DNA of 64,000 nt, taken from positions 124,744,001 to 124,808,000 of the forward strand of contig OZ024740.1 in NCBI GenBank assembly GCA_964016885.1. Reading direction: 5' to 3'. The translations under genes were made by a program, and so were the position numbers. Shown here piece by piece: positions 13,770 to 26,862 of this stretch. A model generated the notes under the pieces. That model was not told the DNA's origin and did not search any database. It saw only the letters and a program-made list of their open reading frames with translations. How positions within the stretch are numbered: the stretch's first letter is position 1; every line of letters begins with the position of its first letter. Source of the DNA: Eledone cirrhosa. Lineage: Eukaryota.

Positions 13770-14515
13770 TGAAAGGCCGACTGTTTGATGCGTGTATATG
13801 AACAACAATGTTACTTAGTAGTGAGACCTGGGCGTTGAAGGTCGAAGACTTACGTAGATTAGAAAGAAACGAAGCCTGCATGCTCCGATGGATATGTAAT
13901 AGTAATATACCCGAACGGCAAAGTATAATTGAATTGAGAGAGAGAGACTGAGCATAAGAGGAATCAAATGCTGTGTGCAGGAGAGGCGGTTGCGTTGGTA
14001 TGGACATATGATGTGTATGAAGGATGACAGCTGCATAAAAAGGTGCAGAGCACTAGAAGTCGATGGAAACCGCGAAGTGGGGAGACCCAAGAAGACCTGG
14101 GATGAGGTGATAAAAGCCGACTTTACCCAATTACACCTCTCAAAGGCGATGACACACGACCGTGATCTCTGGCGTTATGCAGTAATACAGAGTGCACGAC
14201 CTCCAACGGGTACAAGCCGAAGTTGAGGCATATATACTATATGCCCCCACACCCTCCCACTGCAAAGTGGTCGTGGAGGTGCCACAGCAAAAAAGCACCC
14301 AGCCCACACTGTAAAGTGGACGTGTAGGCGCCACAGAAAAAAAGCACCCAGCACGCACTCTAAATGAGGTTGGTGTTAGGAAGGGCATCCAGCTGTAGAA
14401 ATCAAGCCAGAATCAGTTCTTGTATGAGCAAGACAAGGTCAGCCGACCAGACATTGCCCACAACAGGACAACCCGTCTAACCCATGCTAGCGTGGAAGAA
14501 CGTAAAACAGTGATA

Positions 14516-14578
<63 letters not shown>

Positions 14579-14585
14579 CTGATGA
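13770..14585 (+). mobile_element. 5'-truncated RTE LINE (different subfamily)
   Basis: ORF 13975-14226 RRLRWYGHM..GRPKKTW; long (GAT)n tail. Confidence 0.88.
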
Positions 14586-14609
14586 TATATATATATATTA
14601 TGTAATTTG

Positions 14610-16905
14610 CTGTAAAGCATGGAAAGAGCTATAGCGCAACTAATTAGGGAAAGAGTCAAATTAGATGAGATGCAGTTTGGCTTCATGCCTGGAAAAAGTA
14701 CTAAAGATGCTCTCTTCTTAGTGAGGAGTTCCTAGCAAAGAATAAGCCACTATGTTTAGCTTTTTTTAAATCTAGAAAAGGACTTTGACAGAGTATCTCT
14801 ACTATTTTCTGGACCTAAAGGAAATTAGGTGAAGAAGAATGGCTTGTAAGAGCAGTGCAAGCCATGCACAGAGGAGCTGTCAATAAAGTGAGAGTAGGAA
14901 GTGATTTTAGTGAGGAATTTTAGGTACATATAAGAATTCATCAAGGCTTGGTTCTTAGCTCACTGCTGTTCATTATAGTTCTCCAGGTCATAACATGGGA
15001 ACATCTCTATACAATTGATTTTCTCCTTATAACCAAATCCATGAAAGAACAAGAAAATAAGTTATGTCTATGGAAACGGAAATTTAAAATAATAATGAAA
15101 ACATTGTGTACAGTTCTCAGGTGCACTACAACTCATCAAAAGTGTATGTATAGTATATAGGGTAATGTACAAACGTCAGGAAAATGAACAGTGCATGAGT
15201 CATGATATACACATGTGTGCATATGTATGGAAGGGGGACATCAGGTGTAGTTTTGGAGAATTTCGGGAAGCATGAGGGTTTTAAAGGATGCAGTGTCTCG
15301 GCAGCTAACAACTGACGCAGGCAGTTTGTTCCACGCTTCAGCAACTCTAAGTATGAAAAAATGTTTCTGAAAGTCATGGGAGCTGTGTTGTTTTCTGACT
15401 TTGTCGGCATGTCGACGTGTGTTAGACATATGGAAATCAAAAAGGTGCTCAGGGTTGTTGTTGGCGAGAGGGTTAATAACTTTGTGGGTGTTTACCAAGT
15501 CCATTGTCAGACGTCGGAGCTTCAATGAATCCATGCCCAGGGAAACAAGGCGTTCAGAGTATGGTAGGTGTCTGATGGAGGGTATGCGCTTGGTTGCATG
15601 TCTCTGAACAGTTTCCAGGAGGTCAATGTTCTGAGCAAGATAGAGGTTCCAGACATGATGCGAATTCCAAGTGTGGTCGTACCATAGCTGTATAGAGCTT
15701 TAAATAGATGGCTGGAGAGTGGCTAACAAAGGTCTTGCTGAGTGATGCCAAGACTCCCTCGGCCTTCTTGACAATTTTAGAGATGTGCTTTGTCCAACGC
15801 AAATCGCTGCTGACAGTAATGCCCAGGTCACGTTCACAAGACGACTTCTTGATATCAGTGTTGTGGAGGGAGTATGTGGATTTTTCCTCCCAAAATGCAT
15901 GGTGGTACACTTGTCCACAGCCAGCTTCAGTTGCCAATCTGTGATCCATTGTTGCATTGTGTCCAGGTCTGATTGTAGGAAAGAGTTATAGATTTCAGGA
16001 TCTGACCTTTTGATTTCAAGGTACAGCTTGATGTCATCTGCATATTTCAGTACTGTGGCATTCTTTAAGTTGGCATATATGTCATTTGGAATCAAAATGT
16101 CCGAGAATAAACTTGCAAGTTGCTTACTCCATAAGTCGGAAAGGAGTAAGCATAAACACCATATGTTGTACACAATTTAAATCTTGGGTACCCATGGGAT
16201 AACGATAACAGGAAAGAAGACTTTTTATGTATAAGAGGCGCAGGAGTAATCGAGGAGAAGTGCGTCAGTGGTATAAACCTCTTCAAGTCACAGAAAGGTT
16301 GGTTGGTTGGTAGCTTCTACTATCTGGGTGACTTAAGTAGAGTGTGTTTTGAGAGTGAAATAGCTAGAATATGGATAGGATTGAAGAAGTTTAGAAAGCT
16401 ACTCTCACTGTTGACAACAAAGAGTTTCTCATTAAATACAAAATGCTAACTGTATGAAACCTGTGTGTGAAATCCAATGCTGCATGGTAGTGAAACATTG
16501 GCAGTCACTGCAAAAGACATGTGTAAACTGGAGAAAAATGAAGCAGCTATGTTTTGTTGGATGCGCAATGTAAATGTAAGAGAAATACAGAGCTTGAATG
16601 AACTGAAGGAGAAGCTGGGTTTAAGAGGAATCTAATGTGGTATACAGGAGAACAGACTGCATTGGTACAGACATGTGATGAAATGGATGCGTGCCGGTAA
16701 ATACCAGTGGAAGGAAGCCACTGTAGAGGTAGACCAAAAAGATCTAGGCAGAGGTGGTGAGTGCTGACCTGAAATTGCTGAGACTCACAGAGAAGATGAC
16801 AAAGAAGTATGTCAAGTGGAGAGATACTGTGATGAGAATGACCCATCCAACTCATACAAGCATGGAAAATGGACATAAAAATGATGATGTTGATGTTGAT
16901 GATGA
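14610..16905 (+). pseudogene. Old degenerate RTE RT/3' fragment, split by the CR1 insertion
   Basis: gagctatagcgcaactaattagggaaagagtc..atgcagtttggc (RT) at ~14630-15080; resumes at ~16200-16905 with GSET/EKNEA-like sequence and a GAT tail. Confidence 0.7.
15240..16090 (-). mobile_element. CR1-group LINE 3' fragment (RT C-terminus), frameshifted
   Basis: LKYADDIKLY, LQSDLD..W..WQLKL..DKC, ERDLGITVSSDL, LYTAMVRPHLEFAS, FF..RV...WNKLP. Confidence 0.9.
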
Positions 16906-17127
16906 CACATTTCTGTGGTGACATTTTTAAACAGTTCGGGTCAGTAAAAACATCTATATAAACCACATGATATGACAACTACAGCCTAATAGGTAAAGGT
17001 TTAGTTGTTGTTATACTGGGATTGATTTTGGTAGAATTCTGAAGGACATGATTTTTTTATGTTTAATTTATGTCCAGTGTAGTATGTATCTGGTGTATCA
17101 GATTGAGTTTAGGTGTATGGACAATAT

Positions 17128-17514
17128 TTACTTGGATTGCATTGGTTTTGGAGCAGGGGCATTCACAGATTTAGTGATACCCGGCAACAACTCCTTCAAT
17201 GTATGGCCCAAAGACTCAAGTATAGGATGTAATACTGAGAAAGGTGTGAAAGAAGAGAACTTAACTATATAGAAACAACTAAAACATGAAACAAATACTT
17301 CAAATTAACTTAAAATCAGTCACATAGGTTTGTTCGAATAAAACATCAAATTTTAAGTTAATAACTTACTCAGCCTTTTGATCTGGGCAGGAGAATGAAT
17401 ATAAATCTTGGATAGGTACTTGAGAAATCTGTGGGTGATGTGCTTAGTAGTTATAGAGAATAGAGAGTTTTGCATGATTCTTTTGCTGGAAACCACCTCA
17501 ACCTTCTTAGGCAT
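17128..17514 (-). CDS. Putative two-exon 83 aa ORF (17514-17370 + 17234-17128), unknown product
   Basis: acagccATG start, A|gtaagt donor, tttcacacctttctcag acceptor; frame stays open across the 135 nt intron to TAA. Confidence 0.3.
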
Positions 17515-19180
17515 GGCTGTCGCTAGTTTGGAGTTAATTTGTGTTTATATAAGGGCAATTTACAATTATAGTTGTGTATATATATTTGATGAGATTGTTC
17601 TCAGTTTACATTCAAAATCTATTAGACTACCTATAACATCAGTGAAAGATAATTTCTGAAAATTTCATGCAGTGAGATTAAACGCTAAAGCACATGTATG
17701 TGAAGCAAAATTCTTGACCCTACAACCCTGGCTATTGCTATGGCTGTTGATGGTTAAATAGAAAAGACAAGAATGGTTATAAAATAATGGTTTCTGATTT
17801 TGGCACAAGGCCAAACATTTTGGCAGAGAGGGAAAGTTGATTAAATCTACCCCAGTGCATTACTGCTACTTTATTTTATTTACCCCATAAGGATGAAAAG
17901 CAAAGATAACCTTGGTAGGATTTGAGCTCAGAATGAAAAATTTGGTAACTATTTGCCATAAAGCTTGTACCTGACACTTTATTGATATTGTCAATCTACA
18001 ATTTATAACTTGAATGGTTATAAAATAATAATTTTTCAAGTGCATAAAATAGCAATTATATTGAGTGAACAAATGTGTAAAATCATTCAAAAGTTTTACC
18101 AAAGAACGCCCATTGGATTATGGAGAAAGAGGAAAATAACCTGAAACAATTAATTGTGGGACACAATAAAACTCAGTAACTGGAGAGATATATTTCAATT
18201 TATTTTTCTATTTAAACAGTTTAAACGTCCATCCTAAACGGACGGTAGTCCGTTTAGTAATATTGTTGTGGTCGTGTTATCGTTGGCAATCGTCTGTTTA
18301 CGACAGTACAGCGCGGCTCTACTTTATTTAACTGAGATAAAACTTATATGAGCATGAACAGTAGATCATTACGCATCTTTTGGCTTAGAAATCTAGAAAT
18401 TTGGTCCAGCGGGAAAAAGTTTATAATCAAAGTTTGCTGATAAATCTTGTGTTCAAGTGAGTGAGTAGTAAGTGTGACGCTAGGGAAGGTAATTACAAGT
18501 GGAGGTAATCTAATATATTTCAAATTGTATTTTTAACTAAATTCATTTATCATAGTCTAATATTTTAAAAATAGGTGAGTGCTCCACTATGATGACCCAT
18601 GTCCCCGCCATGTGGAGAGGATGCTTAGGAGCCATCCAGATATCATGTGACCATTTTTGGTTCGCGGTGTCCACATGATATCTAGATGGCCCTTTATACT
18701 AATTAGTCATTTATCTGCATAAAAATTATACCAGATCATTCTGATTATTGGCTTGAAATCTTTTACAAAATTAGTATGAGCAACTAAGAGGTCATCAATA
18801 GAAATAGAACTACTTTTTGAAGTTTTCATGCACAGCATTTTTGGGGATTTTAAATAAAAGTTAATATCATAATTCTTATTTTGTATACCCACATTGCAGA
18901 TACAGAGAAACATGACAATCCTATATAAAGGTCGTAGACAGCAGTATCAGTTTTTATCCGTAACACCATTGAAATGCACAAGTTTCACCAATTCACTATT
19001 ATGCACTAATCATCTCAAATGCATTCATGATTTACTAGCTTTGTCATTAAGCCAGTTGCCTCAACTAGATTGCAATTATACTCAAAAGAACTTTAAAATG
19101 TCAATCACTTGTCAGTAATTCACTATGATCTTTTAATTATTAGATAGTTGTTGCTTGCATTGCCTTAAAAAATAGTAGAC

Positions 19181-20205
19181 CAGATAGAAAAATGCGTACA
19201 GCAAACAAAAGTAATATTGTTGGAATATAAACCTTTAAAAATACAGGACAAGAAACTAAAATAAAACTTTAAAAGAATAGGACAAGAAACTAAGATAAAA
19301 CTTTAAAGAATTGGACAAGAAATAAAAAAATTTACAATAATATTAGTGGCAAAAGTTTTTTATTCGTTTCCTGTGCTATGCCCCAGTATCTTCTTGATTA
19401 GTGCATACTAATTGTCATGCTCTCATAGTACGTTGCCCCTGAGCGGTTGGTTCTGGTTGGGGTTGGTTGGCTGAGCAGTTCTGCTCCGTCAGAATGACCA
19501 GTGCAAGAAGAATTGGCCGATGCAGCTGCAGGTCTCCTCCAAGAATGCACTTCTGGTCCCGCAACACCAGACGAAGATGGAGAAGACGACCGGGACAAGA
19601 TGTCGACTCTGACCACCGACTACGGTACCTCCCTCAACCACCGGTCTTCCCTCCCTCTGTCCCGTCATCCCTCCAGTCCTCCTGCTCCCCCTTCCTGTAC
19701 CAGAAAGCTATGGCACGCATTCATCTGGTGGACTGCCGGACTTGAACTGAAGGACAAGATGCAAGGAGAAGATGGACGGGTTGGTCAAGATCAAGGATGA
19801 GCGGGACGACAAGACCGTCCGCTGCTGCTCAAGATCTGTGCTCATGGGCCCATGGGTCCATTCACATTATGCATGACACATGAGGCGTGTCGCCGAATGA
19901 TGAAATAGGGGTATGGTTATGGCCCAATTGGTGTTCAAACCAGGATCAAATGATCCCCCGGTCTGACGACGACCTCTGAATGTGGAACCCAGAGCCTATG
20001 AATGTGGAACTCGATTTTTTACCAATAGAAATTTTGCCACTAATATTATTGTAACATTTTTTATTTGTTGTCCAATTCTTTAAAGTTTTATCTTAGTTTC
20101 TTGTCCTATTCTTTTAAAGTTTTATTTTAGTTTCTTGTCCTGTATTTTTAAAGGTTTATATTCCAACAATATTACTTTTTTTTGGTGTACGCATTTTTCT
20201 ATCTG
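19181..20205. mobile_element. Foldback/non-autonomous DNA-transposon-like element with ~175 bp inverted arms and a GC-rich interior
   Basis: 19181-19355 is the reverse complement of 20031-20205 (CAGATAG...CTATCTG); each arm holds three ~33 bp ggacaagaaactaaaataaaacttt subrepeats. Confidence 0.7.
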
Positions 20206-20677
20206 ATATAGAGCTTGCTCAGCTATGACAGACTAGGGGAAGTATCTAGTACTTTTTACAGTTAAGAAACCAAAAGCAAGAAATACAGAGATAAAATAAA
20301 AAAAAATATAAAAAATAAATATATAAAATGAAATAAAATAAAATAAAATGAATTTCAACACAAATATACTCATATGCTGGGCTGGCTCGAGACTATTTGG
20401 CATCTTAGGCAAGGTTAAATTCTGGCTCAGCCCCCCACCGGAAAATATCAAAACTTATAAACAATGAATTTAAAAAAATAATTTTTCCACATTTCAGCAC
20501 AGACCAAGGGTAATTTAAAATAAAAAAATTGTGTGCTCAAATGTCTGAACACCCCACAAAAAGCACTAATTGATACCATTTTATTTGCAAAATTAAGACA
20601 AGACTAAAGAAAAATATAAATAGACATTAGTGATGAACTAACAACATAATGGACAGTTGAACAGACGCTCAATACTA

Positions 20678-21972
20678 TTGGGTTGGTGCATAATTATTGC
20701 GGCTTTTTTTCAACAAATTTTATTTAACAAAAACAATAACAATATTTAACAAAAATATCTTTAAATGAAAGTCGGGTTTTTCTCTTTTCAGAATGCGTAT
20801 CAAAATCATATCCACATTCATCATATTATACTCTACCACTTCGAGAAAGGTTGGAATGGAGCACAGTCATTTTCCGATCTCAATGATCTTTTTGGTGAAG
20901 GAACAATCAGCAAAAGCCAAGTTGAAAGATGGTCCAGGAAGTTCAAATCGAGCGATACAAACCTCGCAGATGAAGAGGGAAGAGGTCGACAATCAAATTT
21001 CAACGACCAGGCACTTTTGGCAGCCGTGGAAGAGGACGTATGCTTGACAACGAGAATGTTGGCCGAAGACTTCAATGTGGACCATTCGACCATTGTTCGT
21101 CGTCTCAAAAAGCTCGGAGGAGTATGGAAATTGGCTGGGTGGGTCCCCCACGAACTCTCCGATAACAACAAAGCCGAACGTATCCGAACTTTTACCGATA
21201 AGCTGCAGCGAAATGAGCAAACTCCGTTCCTGAAGAATCTCGTCACTGGGGATGAATCGTGGCTTCTCTTCAAAAACGTCAAAAGAAAGGTGTGTTTCGC
21301 CAGGTGTTTCACCCAAAGGAATACCGAAAGGCGTCCACTGTAAGAAGGCAATGTGGTGTGTTTGGTGGGACAGAAGCGAAATCATTCACTGGGAAATCAT
21401 CTCAAACGGGATTTGTTATTGGTGGAATGACGACGATGAGCGTCAACAGTGGCGGATTCTGGACAAAAACGGCAAGCAGCAATTAAATATCAACGGCAAC
21501 ATTTATCTAGCTCACCTTGACCGCATTCACGCTGCAATCGAGACGAAAAGACCGCGCAAAAAGAACCATATCGTCTACCACCACAATAATGCGCGACCAC
21601 ATGTTGAGCGTCGTGTCGTCGAATCTATAGTCAATAAGGACTGCGAACTGCTTCCTCATCCGCCATATTCTCCCACAGAAGCGCCTACGGACTATCACGT
21701 CAATCGATCGCTGAAAAATTGGTTTGCGAACAAAGTTTCCGACGACTTGGATGACTTGGTTGCCACTGTCAAAGAGTGGATTGCCTCTAAGAACACTAAC
21801 TTCTTCGCCTGTGGAATCGACCGTCTGCCAAGCAAATGGGAAGCAGTAATTGAAGTAGATGGGGAATATGCTCCGGAATATTCATTTAAAGATGTTTTTG
21901 TTAAATGTTGTTATTGTTTTTATTGAATAAAATTTGTTGAAAAAAGGCCGCAATAATTATGCACCAACCCAA
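20678..21972 (+). mobile_element. Full-length mariner (Tc1/mariner DD34D) transposon with frameshifted transposase
   Basis: TA duplication on both sides; inverted ends ttgggttggtgcataattattgcggc extending ~90 bp; WVPHEL, TGDESW, HNNARPH and PYSPTEAPTDYH in ORFs 20765-21343 and 21252-21926. Confidence 0.96.
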
Positions 21973-22775
21973 TAGTACACCGGAAACCAAATATGGCTGA
22001 GGGATACATGCAGACAGAAAGACAATTCAAAATCTCATTTTGTGTGCCTTTTTCTCGGCAAAGTTTTTAACCAATTCAGCTAAACCAAGTGATAAAGCCT
22101 GAGCATGTTCCATTAATATAGTTGCCAAGCCAACCAGTCTCTCTTGCGACATTGTAGAGTGAATGTAAGATTTTAAATGCTTCAGCTTTTAAAACAATTC
22201 TGACCACTTTCCACTGATACTGGACATGTGAGAAGGATCCTCAATGCAATAATAACATTAGGGAAATTATCCAAAAGTTTTTGTTGGAAAAATTTGTGGC
22301 CTATAAAAACACACAAGCGTAATTGCACTCTTAAAGTTTGGTATATGCACAGTTTTCACTCACTCATTTTCCTTGTTCTGGTCAGACTAATCTACCTGAT
22401 TATTTGTCACTGTATGGAATAAGCCAGGATCAAAAACGACCCTCAATAAAACAGAAATTCATTTATTTATTTTTCAAAATTGTTGTTGATTTGGAGAAAT
22501 GTGCCTGTGAAATCAGCGCCCTAGGCAGCTGCCTAGTTCGCTTATATGGTAGTGACAGCTCTGCTCATATGTTATTTTATCTAAAACTTACTAGTAAAAG
22601 ATGTGTTTAAGCATAAAAACACACACTGACATATGCATAAGCCACTCTCTCTATATATATATATATACAAGTGGAAGTTTAGTAAAATCGTTTGGCAGGT
22701 TTGCACGAAGCATATATACGTCTGGGACTAGCTGTTGAAATGGTAGAAGCTCAAACATCGAGGTCCTGACTCAAT

Positions 22776-22844
<69 letters not shown>

Positions 22845-22849
<5 letters not shown>

Positions 22850-22897
22850 TATGTGTGTATACGTACATACATATATGTATACAGACGTACAGTAGCA

Positions 22898-22941
<44 letters not shown>

Positions 22942-23628
22942 CAGGTACACATACATATATGCACGTATCAGTTTAGCGGACGCTTATTATAACGCCGCTT
23001 TGTTCGTTTGTAAACAAACTGAACAGCCTGAATGTTATGCCGTACGGTGTTAAGGCAACCACGTCACCTGTTTGTTCAACACTGACACAGGAACGATGTA
23101 CTAGTTTCAAGCTTGTTAGCTATCATCAACACCGTATACCCATCTGCCAGATAGTTGAACGTTCGAAAGTATATACTTTCCTTATGAAAATTAACGGCTG
23201 AGCAGCCTAATTTGCATATCGAGTGAGTTATGTCGGTCAGGCATACCGAGAACGATAAGTTGAAATAAAATGAAAACGAAATTTCATTTCTCACTCTAGT
23301 ACGGCACTTACTTAAATGTAAGTATGTGTGTATGACCGACATAACTCACTCGATATGCAAATTAGGCTGCTCAGCCGTTAATTTTCATAAGGAAAGTATA
23401 TACTTTCGAACGTTCAACTATCTGGCAGATACGGTGCTGATGATAGCTAACAAGCTTGAAACTAGTACATCGTTCCTGTGTCAGTTTTGAACAAAAAGGT
23501 GACGTGGTTGCCTTAACACCGTACGGCATAACATTCAGGCTGTTCAGTTTGTTTACAAACGAACAAAGCGGCGTTATAATAAGCGTCCGCTAAACTGATA
23601 CGTGCATATATGTATGTGTACCTGTATG

Positions 23629-23684
<56 letters not shown>

Positions 23685-23795
23685 TGCTACTGTACGTCTG
23701 TATACATATATGTATGTACGTATACACACATACTTACATTTAAGTAAGTGCCGTTCTAGAGTGAGAAATGAAATTTCGTTTTCATTTTATTTCAA

Positions 23796-23797
<2 letters not shown>
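22845..23797. mobile_element. Family A retrozyme inverted array between (TA)n tracts
   Basis: Minus arm to ~23333 (HHR 23093-23135, core TTGATGA); plus arm after it. Confidence 0.8.
23431..23473 (+). ncRNA. Minimal type I hammerhead ribozyme (family A)
   Basis: acggtg CTGATGA tagct aaca agctt GAAA ctag TA catcgt. Confidence 0.85.
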
Positions 23798-23850
<53 letters not shown>

Positions 23851-23856
<6 letters not shown>

Positions 23857-25380
23857 TAAAATAACAGATTAAAGTTTAAGCAAAGAATCGCTGCTTTCAC
23901 CCTTAACGGGATCTTCTGAAACTAACAAAGTCAATCTGTAAACGCAGAACTGGATATTTCAAAAAACGTTGCAACCGGAGGAAGACAGGAAGACGATACT
24001 TTGGTTCGTGGTAACGTTCGCTGGCAAAGAACGGGAAAAAACGAATATAATACGTCATTAATAGGAGCGGTGAAAAACAATTACGCGCAAAGACAGAACC
24101 ACGTTTATGGCATAAGAGAGGTCGTAGACTAATGTTTTCTCATGTAGTTCATAGAGACGTCCTCTAGCAATGAACGAAAAAAACGAATAATACGTCATTA
24201 ATAGGAGCGGTGAAAAACAATTACGCGCAAAGACAGAACCATGTTTATGGTATAAAGGAGGTCGTAGATTAATGTTCTCTTAGGTGGTGCATAGAGACGT
24301 TCTCTGGCAATGAACGAAAAAACAAAGATAATACGTCATATGTGGAGCGTGGAGAACAATAGCACGCAAAGACAAAACCACGTAAATGGTATAGCAGAAG
24401 TCCTAGACTAAAATTCTAACTAGGAGACCTAATGAATCTCCGCTACAGAGTTAAGAACAAAGTAAATAAATACAACACAGAAGAAATAGAAATAAATAAA
24501 AACATACACGCAAACAAATACGTACATACACAAGCATACGCAAAACACTTACCATAGGTATACAAAACCACGCACATATAAATATGTGTGTGTGTGTATG
24601 CGTGTATACAAATAAATAAATAATTATATAAACGTATATAAATAAATAAACACGTATATAACAAGCGCAAACACATACCTACATGTAAATACACGAATGT
24701 TCGGAGACGTAAGTCAACCAAAACATGAAGTACACATATACACACACCCACATACGTACGAACCAGCAAACTCACACAGACGCAAAACTCCCGTATACAC
24801 ATAGCCAAACCATATGTACCAGAATATAGCGGAGATTCATTCGGTCTCCTAGTTAGAATTTTAGTCTATGACTTCTGCTATACCATTTACGTGGTTTTGT
24901 CTTTGCGTGCTATTTTTCTCCACGCACCACATATGACGTATTATCCTCGTTTTTTTTCGTTCATTGCTAGAGGACGTCTCTATGAACCACCTGAGAGAAC
25001 ATTAGTCTATGATCTCTCTTATACCATAAACGTGGTTCTGTCTTTGCGCGTAATTGTTTTTCACCGCTCCTATTAATGACGTATTATATTCGTTTTTTCC
25101 CGTTCTTTGCCAGCGAACGTTACCACGAACCAAAGTATCGTCTTCCTGTCTTCCTCCGGTTGCAACGTTTTTTGAAATATCCAGTTCTGCGTTTACAGAT
25201 TAACTTTGTTAGTTTCAGAAGATCCCGTTAAGGGTGAAAGCAGCGACTCTTTGCTTAAACTTTAATCTGTTATTTTAATAAATATTTGCTCTACGGTTCT
25301 TATATATTTGACATATATTATCCTTATCGAGCCCTCTTTGGATTTTAGTCTTCAAATTTATTATTATTACTATATATATA
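23851..25380. mobile_element. Family B large inverted-repeat element with ~140 bp internal tandem units, flanked by (TA)n
   Basis: 23851-24444 is mirrored by 24827-25283 (one internal unit fewer); internal repeats at 24051, 24191 and 24332; a deleted copy at 26943-27240. Confidence 0.75.
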
Positions 25381-25617
25381 TATATAAATGTAAGTATGTA
25401 TGTATGTATACGTACATACATATATGTATACAGACGTACAGTAGTATGTATATATATATATATACATACATGCACACATATATATATGCACGTATCGTTT
25501 TACCGAACATTTATTATAATGCTCGGTTTGTTTGTTTGTAAACAAACAAACAGCCCAAATTACGCCGTACAGTGTTTAGGCAGCCACGTCACCTTTTTGT
25601 TCAACACTGACACAGGA

Positions 25618-25660
25618 ACGATGTACTAGTTTCAAGCTTATTAGCTATCGTCAGCATCGT
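25618..25660 (-). ncRNA. Minimal type I hammerhead ribozyme (family A)
   Basis: Reverse complement reads acgatg CTGACGA tagct aata agctt GAAA ctag TA catcgt. Confidence 0.85.
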
Positions 25661-26184
25661 ATACCTTCCTGCCAGATGGTTGAACGTCTGAAAGTATATA
25701 CTTTCCTTATGCATATTAACGGCTGAGCAGCCTAATTAGCATATCGAGTGAGTTCAGTCGGCCGGGCACACTGAAAACGATAAATGGAATAGAATGAAAC
25801 GAAATTTCATTTCTCACTCGTTAATATGCATAAGGAAAGTATATACTTTCAGACGTTCAACGGATGTTTGTTTACAAACACACGGAGCATTATAATGAAT
25901 GTTCGGTGAATCCATACGTACATATATATATGTGTGCATGTATGTATATATATATACATACTACTGTACGTCTGTATACATATATGTATGTACGTATACA
26001 TACTTATATTTAAGTAACAGCCGTACTAAGAGTGAGAAATGAAATTTCGTTTCATTTTTTCCGTTTATCGTTTACGGTACCCCGGCCGATTAACTCACTC
26101 GATATACAAATTAAGCTGCTCAGCCGTTAATATGCATAAGGAAAGTATATACTTTCAGACTTCAACAATCTGGCAGGAAGGTAT

Positions 26185-26227
26185 ACGTTGCTGACGATAG
26201 CTAATAAGCTTGAAACTAGTACAGCGT
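26185..26227 (+). ncRNA. Minimal type I hammerhead ribozyme (family A)
   Basis: acgttg CTGACGA tagct aata agctt GAAA ctag TA cagcgt. Confidence 0.85.
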
Positions 26228-26612
26228 TCCTTTGTCAGTGTTGAACAAATGAGCAACGATGGTTGCTAGACACTGTACGGCTTAATTCGGGATGTTTGTT
26301 TACAAACACACCGAGCATTATAATGAATGTTCGGTGAATACATACGTACATATATATATGTGTGCATGTATGTATATATATATACATACTACTGTACGTC
26401 TGTATACATATATGTATGTACGTATACATACTTATATTTAAGTAACAGCCGTTCTAAGAGTGAGAAATGAAATTTCGTTTCATTTTTTCCGTTTATCGTT
26501 TACGGTACCCCGGCCGATTAACTCACTCGATATACAAATTAGGCTGCTCAGCTGTTAATATGCATAAGGAAAGTATATATTTTCAGACTTCAACCATCTG
26601 GCAGGAAGGTAT

Positions 26613-26655
26613 ACGTTGCTGACGATAGCTAATAAGCTTGAAACTAGTACAGCGT
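26613..26655 (+). ncRNA. Minimal type I hammerhead ribozyme (family A)
   Basis: Identical motif 428 bp downstream of the previous copy. Confidence 0.85.
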
Positions 26656-26862
26656 TCCTTTGTCAGTGTTGAACAAATGAGCAACGATGGTTGCTAGACA
26701 CTGTACGGCTTAATTCGGGATGTTTGTTTACAAACACACCGAGCATTATAATGAATGTTCGGTGAATACATACGTACATGTATATATGTGTGCATGTATG
26801 TATATATATATATATACATACTATTGTACGTCTTTATACATATATGTATGTACATATACATA

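Noticed and set aside
24035-24420. Regularly spaced repeats resembling a CRISPR array
   Set aside because: Whole ~140 bp units repeat with no unique spacers; eukaryotic context and no cas genes
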